Of a stretch of 64,000 bases of DNA, positions 1 to 11,321 are shown piece by piece; position 1 is the stretch's first letter; every line of letters starts with the position of its first letter. The translations under genes were made by a program, and so were the position numbers. Below the pieces are notes generated by a model. The model worked only from the letters and a program-made list of their open reading frames with translations. It searched no databases and was not told the origin of the DNA. Source of the stretch: Lama glama (Eukaryota); contig CM052817.1 in the NCBI GenBank assembly GCA_028534125.1, forward strand, positions 10,356,001-10,420,000, read 5' to 3'.

Positions 1-110
1 AACGTTAATTATTTGTAAAGAATCTAACAAGGTACCCTTGGCAAATACAAACTCCCAAAACCCTTCCACAGAGGTAATTGGACAGAAGGACAAATTAGCC
101 CAGATGTTTT

Positions 111-345
111 CTTTTTCTTTCTTTCCTTCTTTTTTTAACTGAAGTATAGTCAGTTACAATGTGTCAATTTCTGGTGTACAGCATAATGTCCCAGTCAAAC
201 ATGTATATACATATATTCGTTTTCATATTCTTTTTCATTAAAGGTTATTACAAGATATTGAATATAGGTCTCTGTACTATACAGAAGGAATTTGTTTCTT
301 TAATCTATTTTTATATGTAGTGGTTAATATTTGCACATCTCAAGT
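111..345 (-). mobile_element. 5'-truncated LINE-1 3' end (cetartiodactyl/camelid-like)
   Basis: T-rich tail followed by actgaagtatagtcagttacaatgtgtcaatttctggtgtacagcat...ggttattacaagatattgaatatagg, a typical antisense L1 3' UTR. Confidence 0.85.
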
Positions 346-789
346 TCCTAAGTGCCCTCTTGCCTTGAGCAAAACCACGGGCGAGTCATTAAGACAGGCT
401 GGATTTGCCTCCATTACACAGGGAGGCTTCCATTGGGCCAAATGAAATAATCCTTGGTCTGCCCACTGTTTGTTGCTGATGTCATTTGTCCTGAATACTT
501 TCTAATTGGCCAAGTTCAATAGTGCTTGGTGGCTTTTTCAGGTGAGCCAGTAGCGTACTCCTGTAACTGCAGGAGTGATGGTGTTGGAGGCAGGTGTGTA
601 GCTGGCTTGCACAACCAGGACTCTGGTTCCTTGGGAATTTTGAGGGGCTTTCAAGGTCTCTGATGCTTGATTGTTCCTTTGAGTTAATTTTATATCTTGC
701 ACTTACCTTAGTCTTATTTAGAATAAAAGTTCAAAGCTATGGGAATAGCAAAAAAAAGAAAAATAGCACAATCTGGGAGGTTAGTCACC

Positions 790-985
790 CCTGGGACTGG
801 ATGTCAGCTCTCTCACTTATTAGCTGGAGGTCCATGGGCATCTTCCTTAGTGTTTCTTCACTTCAGTTTTCCTACCTGTAAAGTGATGACATTAGCACCT
901 CCCTCTGCTGAGTGGGTATGAGGATTGTAATCAACATGTGCAAAGTGCCTAGAAGGCAAATTCGCACACTAAGTTGTAGCTGTAT
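790..985 (+). mobile_element. MIR SINE relic
   Basis: MIR core-like cttcagttttcctacctgtaaagtgatgacattagcacct...gaggatt...gtgcaaagtgcctagaa. Confidence 0.7.
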
Positions 986-1682
986 GATTATGCAGAAGTC
1001 TGTTTTGTTACATGGATGGGTAGGTTGGCCTGGGCTCGAGGACTTTCCCAGGAAAAGGGATGTTCAGTGTGAAAACTGGGACGGATTCAGGAAAATGGGG
1101 TTAGTCACCATGTAATGGGGAAACAATTGTGATGAGTTCCATAGGCTTCTGCCTTTGAAATGCTTGTGGTTTAGGGCGGAGATGGCCAGTCTGAGCCCCC
1201 TGCTCTTGCACAGTGGCAGGCATTGCTAACAGTTCACGCCCCTCTTCCCCCGGTGAGCTGGTGAGCCAGTGAGCCGCTCCTCACAAGCTTTCCCAGCACA
1301 AGGTCCCAGGTTGCCACAATCAACAAACTGTGTTTGATCCCTTAGATGGTGCCTAGGTTTTCCAAAATTCCCTCTTCCTACAAAATGTAAATTTCCTTTT
1401 TTTTAATCTCATTTTTGCTACAGCTAGGCCTCAGGAGTTAAATCCATTTCACACTCATTCGTGAATTTTTGCAGATTTCTCTAAGAGCATTAGCACTTTC
1501 ATTAAAACATGACAGAAGAATTTGCAAACCCCAGAAGACTGAATTTAACACTTCTAGCAATTAAGAATAAAAAGAGAATGACTTATTACTGGAAAAGGGC
1601 TCAAGACACAGATAGTCAGCTCTGGAAGAGATACAGACAAAAACTTCCCCCCAAACCTGTTTGCCTAACTCAGAAATAAATA

Positions 1683-2034
1683 CAGTCGTTTCTCCGTATC
1701 CACAGATTCCACACCTGCAAATTCAACTAACAGTGTATGAAAAGCACTTGAAAAATAAATTCCAGAAAGTTCCAAAAAGCAAAACTTGAATTTGTCCACT
1801 GGCAACTATTATTTAAGATAGCATTTACATTGTATAAGGCAGTATAAGGAATCTGGAAATGACTTAAAGTATAAAGGAGGATGTGTGAAGCCTCTATGCA
1901 AATACTATGCCCTTTAGTATAAGGGATGTGAGCATCCCAGGTGTGGGTATGGGAAGGTTGGGGGGTTGGGGGTGGGAGGGTAAAGGGGGGCACAGTTCTG
2001 GAACCAATCACCTGCAGATAATGAGGGCTAACTG
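1683..2034 (-). mobile_element. MER2-like TcMar/Tigger DNA transposon relic
   Basis: Degenerate TIRs (cagtcgtttctccgtatccacag ... ctgcagataatgagggctaactg), TA on the left flank, and internal MER2-like motifs (gcatttacattgtat, tatgcaaatactatgc, ctggaaccaatc). Confidence 0.8.
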
Positions 2035-3939
2035 TGTTTTCTAGAGATTCATTGAAGGTCATTAGAAAATAAAGAAACTTTTCTTTGTCCACGATGGTAA
2101 AGTTCTGGAATGAAGAGGTATTGAAAATAAAACAGGGATGAGTGGGACCACAGCAACTGCTTCACCAGTTTTCTTAATTTATAGTTTTAATAACATTCCA
2201 AGTGCCTTTTCTAGCTCAGTGGCTTCCAGTTTAAAAAACACCTTTATATAAACACCAGCAATGCTGATGCATTAGGTTTTGTTCAAAATGCAAACTCCTC
2301 AATGTCCTCAATGATCAGAGACACCATCCTGACACTAGTGATGGATCAAAGGAGGTGAAACCAGGGAGCCAATTCAGAGACACAACCAGACACTCAGATG
2401 TGTGTACAAGCATCAGAGCGTCGTCCCCTCTGTTGTGAAGTCATTCCTGCCAACACGAAATCACAGCATTTGCTGTCTCCCCAGGGATTTCCTGTGGCTC
2501 CCCAGGGAAAGAACAGGCCTTGGAGTCATATGCTGATTCAAACTTGACCTTGCTATTTTCTGTTTGTATCACTTGGGGCCACTTAGTCAACCTCTCTGAG
2601 CTTCAGATACAAAACTCCTGCATCTCTGGTTGTAGTGAAGGCCCAGTGAGATGCAGGGCACGACACAGTAGCACACAGTGAATGTGAGTTCCTTATCTAT
2701 ATGCTCCCAGAGCTTTTATTCCCGATGCTCTGTTGAGTATAGTCAGCCCCATAAACTTGGGTAGCATTTTATGCACTTGTCTTCTATTTCAACTGTAAGC
2801 ATCTTGAAGGTAGGACCAGATACAGGAATCCTTGTCAGTGCTCAGTATGGTGCTGGGCACAGGGAAAATAGCCAACAGGTGAATTTCAATTTAATACACT
2901 CATCAACTTTCGACCAGTTTACTCATGATTATGAAATTCTAACGGGATGTAAAAAGGGAGTTGACCAGCCATAAATAAATGGCTAAATGCATTATGGTAT
3001 ATTCCATTAGTGGGCCATTATATTGAAATTAAAATCATGTTTTTGAAGAATAGTTAATGAGGTAGCTCATGACACAACCTTATACAAAAAGGGCAGGTCC
3101 ATAATTGTCTATTCTGTATATTATCAATATATGCACAAGGAAGAAAGAAATTGGAAGGGTATGTATCAGAATATTAGCAATAGATATCAAAGTAGGGGAC
3201 TTACTTTCTTTTCTTCTTGTTTCTGTTTGTTCAAATGATTTACAATAGCATATATTGCCTAACAGTCAGAAAAAAAAGCCTATTTTTTTTAATGGAAGAT
3301 GTTGAGGGTAGCCTATGATAAAATGAATTTCCCAAAGATGCCACCAATCCTGCTTTAGGGAAATTGACCCTGTTGGTCTTGCTCCCACTGTACTCCACCC
3401 CAAGTAGTTCCAGTATGGTTGTGTTATCCTGTTGCATTAAATTCTCACCTCAAGGTTAAAGACAGAAGGAGAGAGAAGCAATTTCCAACAGGGACTGGGT
3501 CACCTATTTATAAATCCCTCGTCAGATGCCCTTGAGATGGATTAAGCAGGTTAATTGATCATTAGTCTCCACATCTGTAAAATGGACCCCTAATGCCAAC
3601 TTCCAAACACAGCTTTAAGGAGTAGAGAGCATTGGTATAACTGATAGAGTAGCCGACAGAAGCCCGGTTTGTAGCGTGAGTGAGCAAAATGGTTTGGGTA
3701 TGGCAAGTTGGAGAGCATCCCAGCAGGGTGGCCATGACTTGGCGCCAGCCAACTGTTACCATCCAGGGATTCAGAAGTGTGAGCCCATGGTTGTTAGATC
3801 AGATTTGCTAAGAGAAGCAAGCAATTTTAATTTTTATAGGAAATGTACCAGTTTTTAAATGTTGGCAAATAGTTAGAACTTTTCCAGACACCAGTTGACC
3901 GTGGCAGATTGGATTCCCAGTTGTTTACACATGTCCGTG

Positions 3940-4272
3940 GCCACTGGAACCTGCAGAGGTAGAGTGTATTGCCCCACCCCACTGATGCTGGGTTGTCCTC
4001 GTGACTTGCTTTGGCCAATGGATGCAATGTGAGCAGATGTTTGTGTGTGTGTTTGTGATCTGGCCTATCTCCTTTCACTTCCTCCAGAATCTTCCAAGAG
4101 AGGAGCATACCTTGGGGATCCACTGTCCCGGAAAGGGACCTGCGGGGCAGACCTGAAATAGATAGAGTTGTCCTAGGTGACCCACAGTCCCATGAGTGAG
4201 AACAATAAAATGCCTGTGGTCATAAGCTGCTGAGATTTGGAGATTATGACAAAGCAAAACCCAACTCATGCA
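3940..4272 (+). mobile_element. MaLR (MLT1-type) LTR relic
   Basis: gtgacttgctttggccaatgg and the terminal aataaaatgcctgtggtcataagctgctgagatttgg are MLT1 hallmarks. Confidence 0.7.
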
Positions 4273-5050
4273 GCATCTTGCGTTCCCAGTTTGAGATAAC
4301 CCAGGTGAAGCCCCAGCAAGTGCCTGACACAGAGTGTGGGCTTAATAAACTGTAGCCCTTAGGATTATTCTGGGCCAGACAAATCTCAAGAGGGTTCTGT
4401 AATAGAAGTTAGGCTTGAGCCAGGGTTTCATAAAATGTTTGTTTTGTGCTGATCTGACCTCTGAGAAACTTGAACACACTCATCTCTGCTACCTCGCACC
4501 CTCACATGTACCTACAGGGATAAATGTCACTTTACATTGTGCTATAGAACTACAGACTGTTTGAAGCTTCATAGAAAACTGTGTGATACGCAGTGATTTC
4601 ATGATTTCTTGTTTAGGAGTTTTTAACTGTATCTATTCCACCAACGTGTGTGATAGAGTTTAGATATTAAGGATCCAGATGGGAAACTAATCAGACCTCA
4701 AAGAGTCTAGTGGGACAGTGATGAGTATTTAACAATATTATCTTGTAAAGAAAGCGCTAAGGTAGAAGCAAGAACCAAGTGCTCTTGGACCCCAGAGGGG
4801 ACAGCAGACCCTGGCCAGAGATGGGGAATCATCTCAGGGGAGGCGAGAATCAAACCGGTCCTTTAAGAATGAATAGCTTTGGTTACATAAGAAGGTGGGG
4901 GACAGCACTGTAAGAGGAAAAAGACACATGTGACATAAGCACTTGGTGTATTCAGAGGAATCTCGGTAGATGGTGAATCAGGTACAAGTGGGAAGGAGCT
5001 AAAGATACAAGTGAAAGGTGAGTGACGACCAGGTTGTGAACCACGTGGGA

Positions 5051-5545
5051 TGTTGCAGATGTTTGTTTCCAAATACGGTCACCATCAGTTCCTCCCCTCC
5101 TTGGAGGCACAGGCTACTTACCCATCAAGGATGGAGTCTGTGCCTCCAGGCTTTGAATCTGGGCTGCCTTGATGGGTAGCATCGAAAAGTGCTGTGTTTC
5201 AGTTCTAGGCACTGGCAGTTATGTTTCTCCTCTCCTGGGATGCTGGCTCATGGAATCCAAGCATCGTTTTGTGACAACCCCACAAAGGGGTGACGTGAAG
5301 ACACTCCAGTCAACAGCTCTGCCTCAGCTCCTGCCTCATAGCCAGCCACGCGACTGCACCATCTTGAATGTCCAGCCCAGCCAAACCTCTGATGACTCCA
5401 GCCCCAGCCAGCATCTCTGCCCCTGAGTGCAGACTGCCTGGCAGAGACCAATGAGCTCTCAGCAGGGTAACAAATAATAATAAATTATCTCTTGAGCCTC
5501 TGAGTTTTGGGTTGATTTTCTATCCAGCAACAGAGAACTAGAACA
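5051..5545 (+). mobile_element. MaLR (MLT1H-like) solo LTR
   Basis: TG...CA ends; ccagccccagccagcatct and the terminal gagttttgggttgattttctatccagcaacagagaactagaaca. Confidence 0.75.
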
Positions 5546-6949
5546 GACGTCAAATAAATTGTCCCAGGCATTGCCTATAATGATTGCATATTCGTGTCTT
5601 TAAAGAATCAATGGAAGAAAACCTAAAATGGTAAGGGGGGTGGGTGATAAACGGGCAGTTCCCTTAGCAGTACACTCGTAGGGAAGCAATGAAGTAGCCA
5701 TTTTCCTGTATTTCCTTTGGCTTTGTTGCTATCACACTGCATAGTTTCCTCAAAATGCCAATGTTCCAGGGATGCAATGTGATGCTCTAGAAAGAACTCA
5801 GGCTTTGTAGTCAAGGGAGGTGCAGAACCAAATCCCAGCTGTATCACCTGTGAGCTCTGAGATGGGGCAAGTCATTTAATGAGGCGGACTGTCTGGCCCT
5901 ACTCGGACGCTCTTTCTGAGACTGGCACACCCCTGCTGAGATGTTGCCACTGTTGCCTCTTCTCCGCAGAACAGCTCTTGGCTGATGGGAGCCATGTTTC
6001 TTAAAGGTTACCAGCTCCCACACACCCTGGGGATGGCGCCAGCCAATGCCTGACTGGTACAGGTGTACAGAAGTCTGGAGGCTTAGCTCAGCAGGGATAA
6101 GTCTACAGTAAGATCTGTGCTCTGAGCCTTCCCCTGCTCCATGAACCAAGTTCGAGAAGCAGGCTACCTGAGTCCACAGCTTTTCTAGGTTTTCCCCCTT
6201 CCTTATCCTTACCCCTTTCACTCCCTTAAAGAATTTTTTTAAACTGAGGAACACTCCCTTAAAAAAAATCTGTGCCCCCTGCCCCCGAATCCTGGTCTCA
6301 GTCTCCACATCTGGGAATCTTAGCTTCCCTTTTCAAGCCCCTCTTTTCCAGAACTGGCTGAGACGCTGTCTTACTATTGCCTGGAGCTTCATACACACGC
6401 AGTGAATACTAACAGACAGCCTCACTCATCTTCCTCCCCGGTACAAAGTGGGAAAATATGATGAAAGTTTTTTAAAAAGAAAGTCCTCAAGTGACTTTTC
6501 CGTAATCTCTGTAGACAAATCTTTTAGAAAAATAGGTAAGCCGAGGCACGGATTCTTCTTTTTTTAATGGGGAGATTGATGCCTATTTGGTGGAGATGTG
6601 AGGATTGACTGAAATAATGTCTGTGGACCTTGAATAGAGATGTTTGGTACAGAGGAAGCAGCCAGCGAGTGGAAGCCACTGCCTCTACATTTGGCCAGCC
6701 CTGGGAACACAGGCCAGTCCTTCTTTTCCCATCCTCGTGTCCTTGGCCAGCGCAGGGCCCTCCCGGCACAAGAAGGCACTCCTGGGTCTGCCCAAGTAAA
6801 CTGTGATGAGCAGAGGAAGAAGCCACACTCGTTAAAGATGGCACGATTGTCGCAACTCCCCCCCATGTGGAGTCGAGGGCCTGGATTCCGGCTCCGGACT
6901 TTTCCTCGTGGGCAGATTTCTCCACCCGCTCTCACAAGCACCCAGACTC

Positions 6950-8065
6950 ACTTGCTTTGGTTGTTAACACGGTTTATTATTGGCACACTTATCAGTGAAG
7001 CATACATAAAATACAGCTGCTTTATAACACACAGAGCCACTGTGTCTTCACATGTGTGGAGGAACATATTAATATGCAAATGGAAAAAATTAGTTCTTTC
7101 ATAAAGTTTCACATAAATACACTGGAATTGCCCCCAAAGAAAAGTCCCATAAAAGAACCAGGTGAGGGCTTTACAAAATATTATACAGGAAATATACCAT
7201 GGAAAGAAACAGTCAACTCAGATACAATAAAAAAACACACACACACACAAAAGAGTTTCAGATTTATTAAACTGTCCACAAAAATAATGGATTACATGGC
7301 TTAGAAATATTTGGATTAACAGCAATTTTACAAACGCATACATTCTCAAGGGGCCAAGTGTCTCTCTTTACATAAAAACCTGCCTTGGTGTTTCTGATAA
7401 CAAAAAGACATTTCTTGTTTCAGCACTCGGGCTCGACTGAAACAATTCGGGCTCGAGGACCAATTGACATCAGCTCAGCCATATATTACCCTGCTGGGCC
7501 CTCTTAGCTGTTACCCAATGAAAGAAAAGGTGAAGGAAAAAAACAAGTAAAGGTACATTTAAATTACTTTCCAAAACGGATTTTTTTTCCTTTTCTTTTT
7601 TTACTGAAACAAGAAACTCTCAGATGCAAGTCAAAAAGCAGAAAATATTTTACAATATTAAAAAGTCATCGGTAGTTGGGTTCGGCATATAATGAGATCC
7701 TGAGCACTGAGGGTTTACGGACAATATGGCCTTCGTTGGATGCGGGAAAAGGAAATTAACAAACGTGGTTAAAATTGAGCCAGGAGAAGCGCTAGCGTTT
7801 GCTCTTGTTTTAATTACGATCAGTGCCAGTATCTGGGTTACCTGTGAAGGCCTCCAGGAAAGGGTCATGGAAGTTTATTTGGAATGATCCTCTCAGTTAA
7901 AAAAAGAAAGGAAGAAAGAAAGAAGCTCAGATCATTGTGGTTTAGAAATCGGTATTTGCGTGGAAAAGTTTTAATTTCTCCTCCTTCCTCTCCTGTAAGT
8001 AAGGTTCTGAAATAGAGAGTGTAACCCACGGGGCTATTGACAGTGGATTCTGGTGCCGGTCAATC
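6950..8065 (-). other. LDB2: LDB2 3' UTR (~1.1 kb; 3' end approximate)
   Basis: Repeat-free, U-rich sequence on the minus strand between the stop codon and an AATAAA with flanking cleavage elements. Confidence 0.85.
6973..6978 (-). terminator. Polyadenylation signal AATAAA (likely main LDB2 site)
   Basis: Plus-strand tttatt. The minus strand has two upstream UGUA motifs (gcTGTAttttaTGTAtg, ~7000-7018) and a GU-rich stretch downstream (gtgagtctgggtgcttgtg). Confidence 0.8.
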
Positions 8066-8296
8066 TTACTGGGAGGCCTGGGGCGGGGGGTTTTCTGATT
8101 TGGTCTCTTGAGTGGCGGGAGGTTTACTGTTCCATGGGCTGCTGTTCCCCAGGGCGGGTGAATTGGTGAAGTCTTCCTCGTCGTCCATGCCGTTGGCCGC
8201 ATCATATTGCGTGTTTTCTAATCTAGTGATTAGCCTTTCGTCCTCGTCCCCAAACTCACCTCCCATCAGAGTTGGCTCTCCTACCACCATCACATC
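8066..8296 (-). CDS. LDB2: LDB2 canonical last coding exon (LIM-interaction domain and C-terminus)
   Basis: Translates DVMVVGEPTLMGGEFGDEDERLITRLENTQYDAANGMDDEEDFTNSPALGNSSPWNSKPPATQETKSENPPPQASQ*, the LDB-family LID with the LDB2-type tail. Acceptor gttcacAG|GAT at 8298-8297; stop TAA at 8066-8068; phase 0, matching the upstream exon. Confidence 0.98.
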   Translation of the reverse strand, partial: DVMVVGEPTLMGGEFGDEDERLITRLENTQYDAANGMDDEEDFTNSPALGNSSPWNSKPPATQETKSENPPPQASQ

Positions 8297-8504
8297 CTGT
8301 GAACAGCAGCTGACATTATTACAGGGAAACCTTGGGAGAGAGAAGCTCAGCTTAAAACACTAGTGGGAGGAGCTGGGGGCTCTAGGACAGACACGCTCGT
8401 GTACTGCACACCGGGGTCAAGTCTCAATGTCGGGGGGTCAAGACGCATATTTGCTTTCTACAGGAAATAAACATCGCCTCCTGACGTGTAACAACCACGC
8501 GAGT

Positions 8505-8555
8505 TTATGTCCTTAGTGCGCAGCCTGACACCGGAGAGCGAGCAATGCTAGCAAT
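8505..8555 (-). CDS. LDB2: Candidate alternative 3' splice site extension of the LDB2 last exon, encoding IASIARSPVSGCALRT*
   Basis: Strong acceptor tttttttatttctgcAG|ATT at 8557-8556, 259 nt upstream of the canonical acceptor. A phase-0 join gives 16 aa then TAA (8505-8507). Use is inferred, not shown. Confidence 0.45.
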   Translation of the reverse strand: MASIARSPVSGCALRT

Positions 8556-11216
8556 CTGCAGAAATAAAAAAATGGATTTTTCAAAATTAAAAAAATCCAC
8601 GCTTTTAACTTGCTGACACTGGGGACTCTGAGAGGGCTGTGGAACCTTCTGCTGGGTGCTTTTCAATACCTCCAAAAATCCACCAGTTTTGTGTAGGGCC
8701 TCTGAGGGGCTTTGGAAACTAGCAGCCAACACGGGGACGATGCATTCCTGCAATAGTCACGCAACTTGTTCCAAATGGCATTTTCTCTGTCCCGAGGACG
8801 GTATGCATTTTAATTGAAGACAGATCTCTCTGCTCTACTCAGCCAGCCCCTTTTATGCAGCCAATATCCTTGACATTCTGCTACTTAATTATGGTAATTA
8901 ATTTAGGTAAAGTTTTCGATAAAAACAATGTTCACACTGATTTGACAATTTGCATAGCTAATTAAGTCATTAGTGAAAACCTGCTGATTGCCAGCAAGCC
9001 CTGAATTTACCATCTGTTATTCCACGGTGCCTGTCACCTATCCCCACACAGGCAACCCTGCCACCAATCTGGGCAGTAAAGAGAACCGGTCTGTCCAGCT
9101 GGTGCCATAAAGGGAAGATGAAGAGTGCTAATTATAATTATACTGATGAAGCAGGTAGTCATCGGAAATGGAAGCGTGCGAGAAGAACCCATCTAATCTC
9201 TCCTGTAAGTACAAACTGTCCTTCCATGCGAACAAGGAGGCCACCTACTGTGGCCAGGGGCATCGTGGAGGCCACTGCTGGAGAGGCACCGGGACCAGGG
9301 AGAAGGACACGACGCTGGCCTCTCTGTTCAAAGGGGACCTTACGGGGCTGACGAGTGGCCTGGCGCGGGACAGGCCCCCTGTCAGGTGGATATTGATGGG
9401 CAGGCTCTGCGTAATCATCTGCTTGAGATTGCCATCACCCAGGAGCCTACCCAGCTGCCGTCAGCCTCCACCGAGGCTGGAAACCAGGCTGGACCAGACG
9501 CGTGTGGAGTTCTAAGTGTGCATTTCCCGAGAGGGTGGCTAATTTGATGAAACACCTAGACAACCGGGCAAGCATTCTTTTCAGGGGCAAGAGAGGCTTT
9601 CTGGGGGCAGTATATTGGTGGTATACTGCCTGTGGGCAAGCGAGGGTCCAGCGACTCCACCAGCTGAACAAATCCTTAATGGCTACCTGGTTTGTTCTGG
9701 AATGGAACCTTGTTCGTTTGATTGATTGATTCCCCTCGAATTAGGGGAGAGAATCAATAGGTTTCACTCTGTGTTTTTGGACCAGTCAGTCTAGGGAATC
9801 TGATGACAATGATTTAAAAGAGAAATGCCCAGATGAAGTAAATGCCTAAAACATAACCTGGACAGACTCGGCAGTCTGGGTAACTGGCAGGATATTCAGT
9901 TGTGTGCTTCCAAGAACGTACGTGTGACGCAACAAAGAACCGGATGCGACACTGACAAGTGAGGAGACTCGGGAGGAGGGCTCTTCAGGTGAGATGCAAA
10001 CTGGACCCAGACTCTGAGTGGTGAGAACGCCAATAGGATTTTACATGGAACATGGCCTTTACCTGACCCTCTGGGGTGTTCAGGAGAAGAATGCGCCATT
10101 TGTTAGAGGAAATTAGGAGACCGCGCTTATGATCAGGAACAAAGGCAAGTGGAAAGACCAGGGACCAGGTTAAGCTGGGCAGAGGTCGACCTGGGGGTTT
10201 ATCCCATTCCACAGCTTGTGCGTAGCCCTCTCTGAAAGGAGGGGAAAACACATGCATAAGGTGTCACGGGGCAGGAGAAGCACGTTAGGACCCACACGTG
10301 GGTCTGCGTTAGTGCTGTGAGCTCAGGATCATCAACAGAGGCTGGGAGAATGTGAGGAGGTAAGTATCACTGGGAAAAAGAAGCAGCCAACTTAAGCGTG
10401 ATATTAGAAAAGTTCCCAACACTCCAGATGCCTTCATTGTATCAGAAAATAACAGTCATTCCAGAAAAGTACTAAGAAAATAGTGATTTGAATCACTTCA
10501 AATGGGGCTCATAAGGGCTCGTAGTATGTTTGCTATATGCGTGTTCCAGGAACAGCTGGAAAAGATGTCCAGGCAGACATATCTTTGAGCATCCTAAATT
10601 CCAGGGAGATGCCACGTTTGCCTTACTGATTATAAAAAATAGCCTTAGCTGGATACATTATCATGCACGTATGTGTGTGTACATACGTGAGCACACGTGT
10701 GAGTGATTAATAGATGGTACGTTATAAAAGAGACATGTGCTACGGACTTCGTACGCACATAGACACCTGAGGCCACTTACACAGTTGTGTGCACGTCTCT
10801 ACCTGGCTCTTCTAAACCTCTAGACCCGGGTAGGGGTTCTCCGCTCAGGTGGGCTTGATTTGTTATCCTCACACAAAAGGAACGGAGAATAATACACACT
10901 CTGGGCTCCCTCTGACTGGGGAACGTTGGCACCCCTTTCCCCCCACCCCCACGTCTTTAAAATCCCCCCCAACACTCAACAGTGAGAGGTGCATTTCCTT
11001 CGCATCTCTGCTGTCTCGTGTGTCCCACAGGAGGCAATACTGGTCCATCTGAGAGTAACCCACATGGCCTCGACTCCCCACGAGGCAGACCTCTGCTCCT
11101 CGCCGGAGGCCGGGAGGCGCCACCAGCTCTTGCCCGTGTCACACCTTCTCACTAATCCCCCGTGCAAGGACCACCAACCTCTGAGGAGGACTGGAAGTGA
11201 CTCCTTTCAGGGCCCC

Positions 11217-11321
11217 TCAATGCTTCTCCTTAAATTGGCCAGAAGGGGTCACTGCTGTTGAATGACACAGGTCTCCATCCCTCCCAGGGTTGAGGCTGCA
11301 GTTCGGGATGGCTCCTAGCCC
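11217..11321 (-). CDS. LDB2: LDB2 alternative coding exon giving the LID-less isoform (CLIM1b/LDB2b-type C-terminus)
   Basis: Acceptor ttctcactccatgagcAG|GGG at 11323-11322. In phase 0 it translates GLGAIPNCSLNPGRDGDLCHSTAVTPSGQFKEKH* (TGA 11217-11219), which I recognise as the known short-isoform tail. Absent from the ORF track because it has no start codon. The exon's 3' boundary is uncertain. Confidence 0.9.
   Translation of the reverse strand, partial: GLGAIPNCSLNPGRDGDLCHSTAVTPSGQFKEKH

Noticed and set aside
5844..7104. Several 125-154 aa ORFs around the gene end
   Set aside because: Overlapping ORFs on both strands in UTR, flank or LTR-like sequence, with no coding signature.
7942..8205. 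87-aa minus-strand ORF overlapping the LDB2 last exon in another frame
   Set aside because: A shifted-frame by-product of the real exon. None of the donor/acceptor pairs I identified enters this frame.
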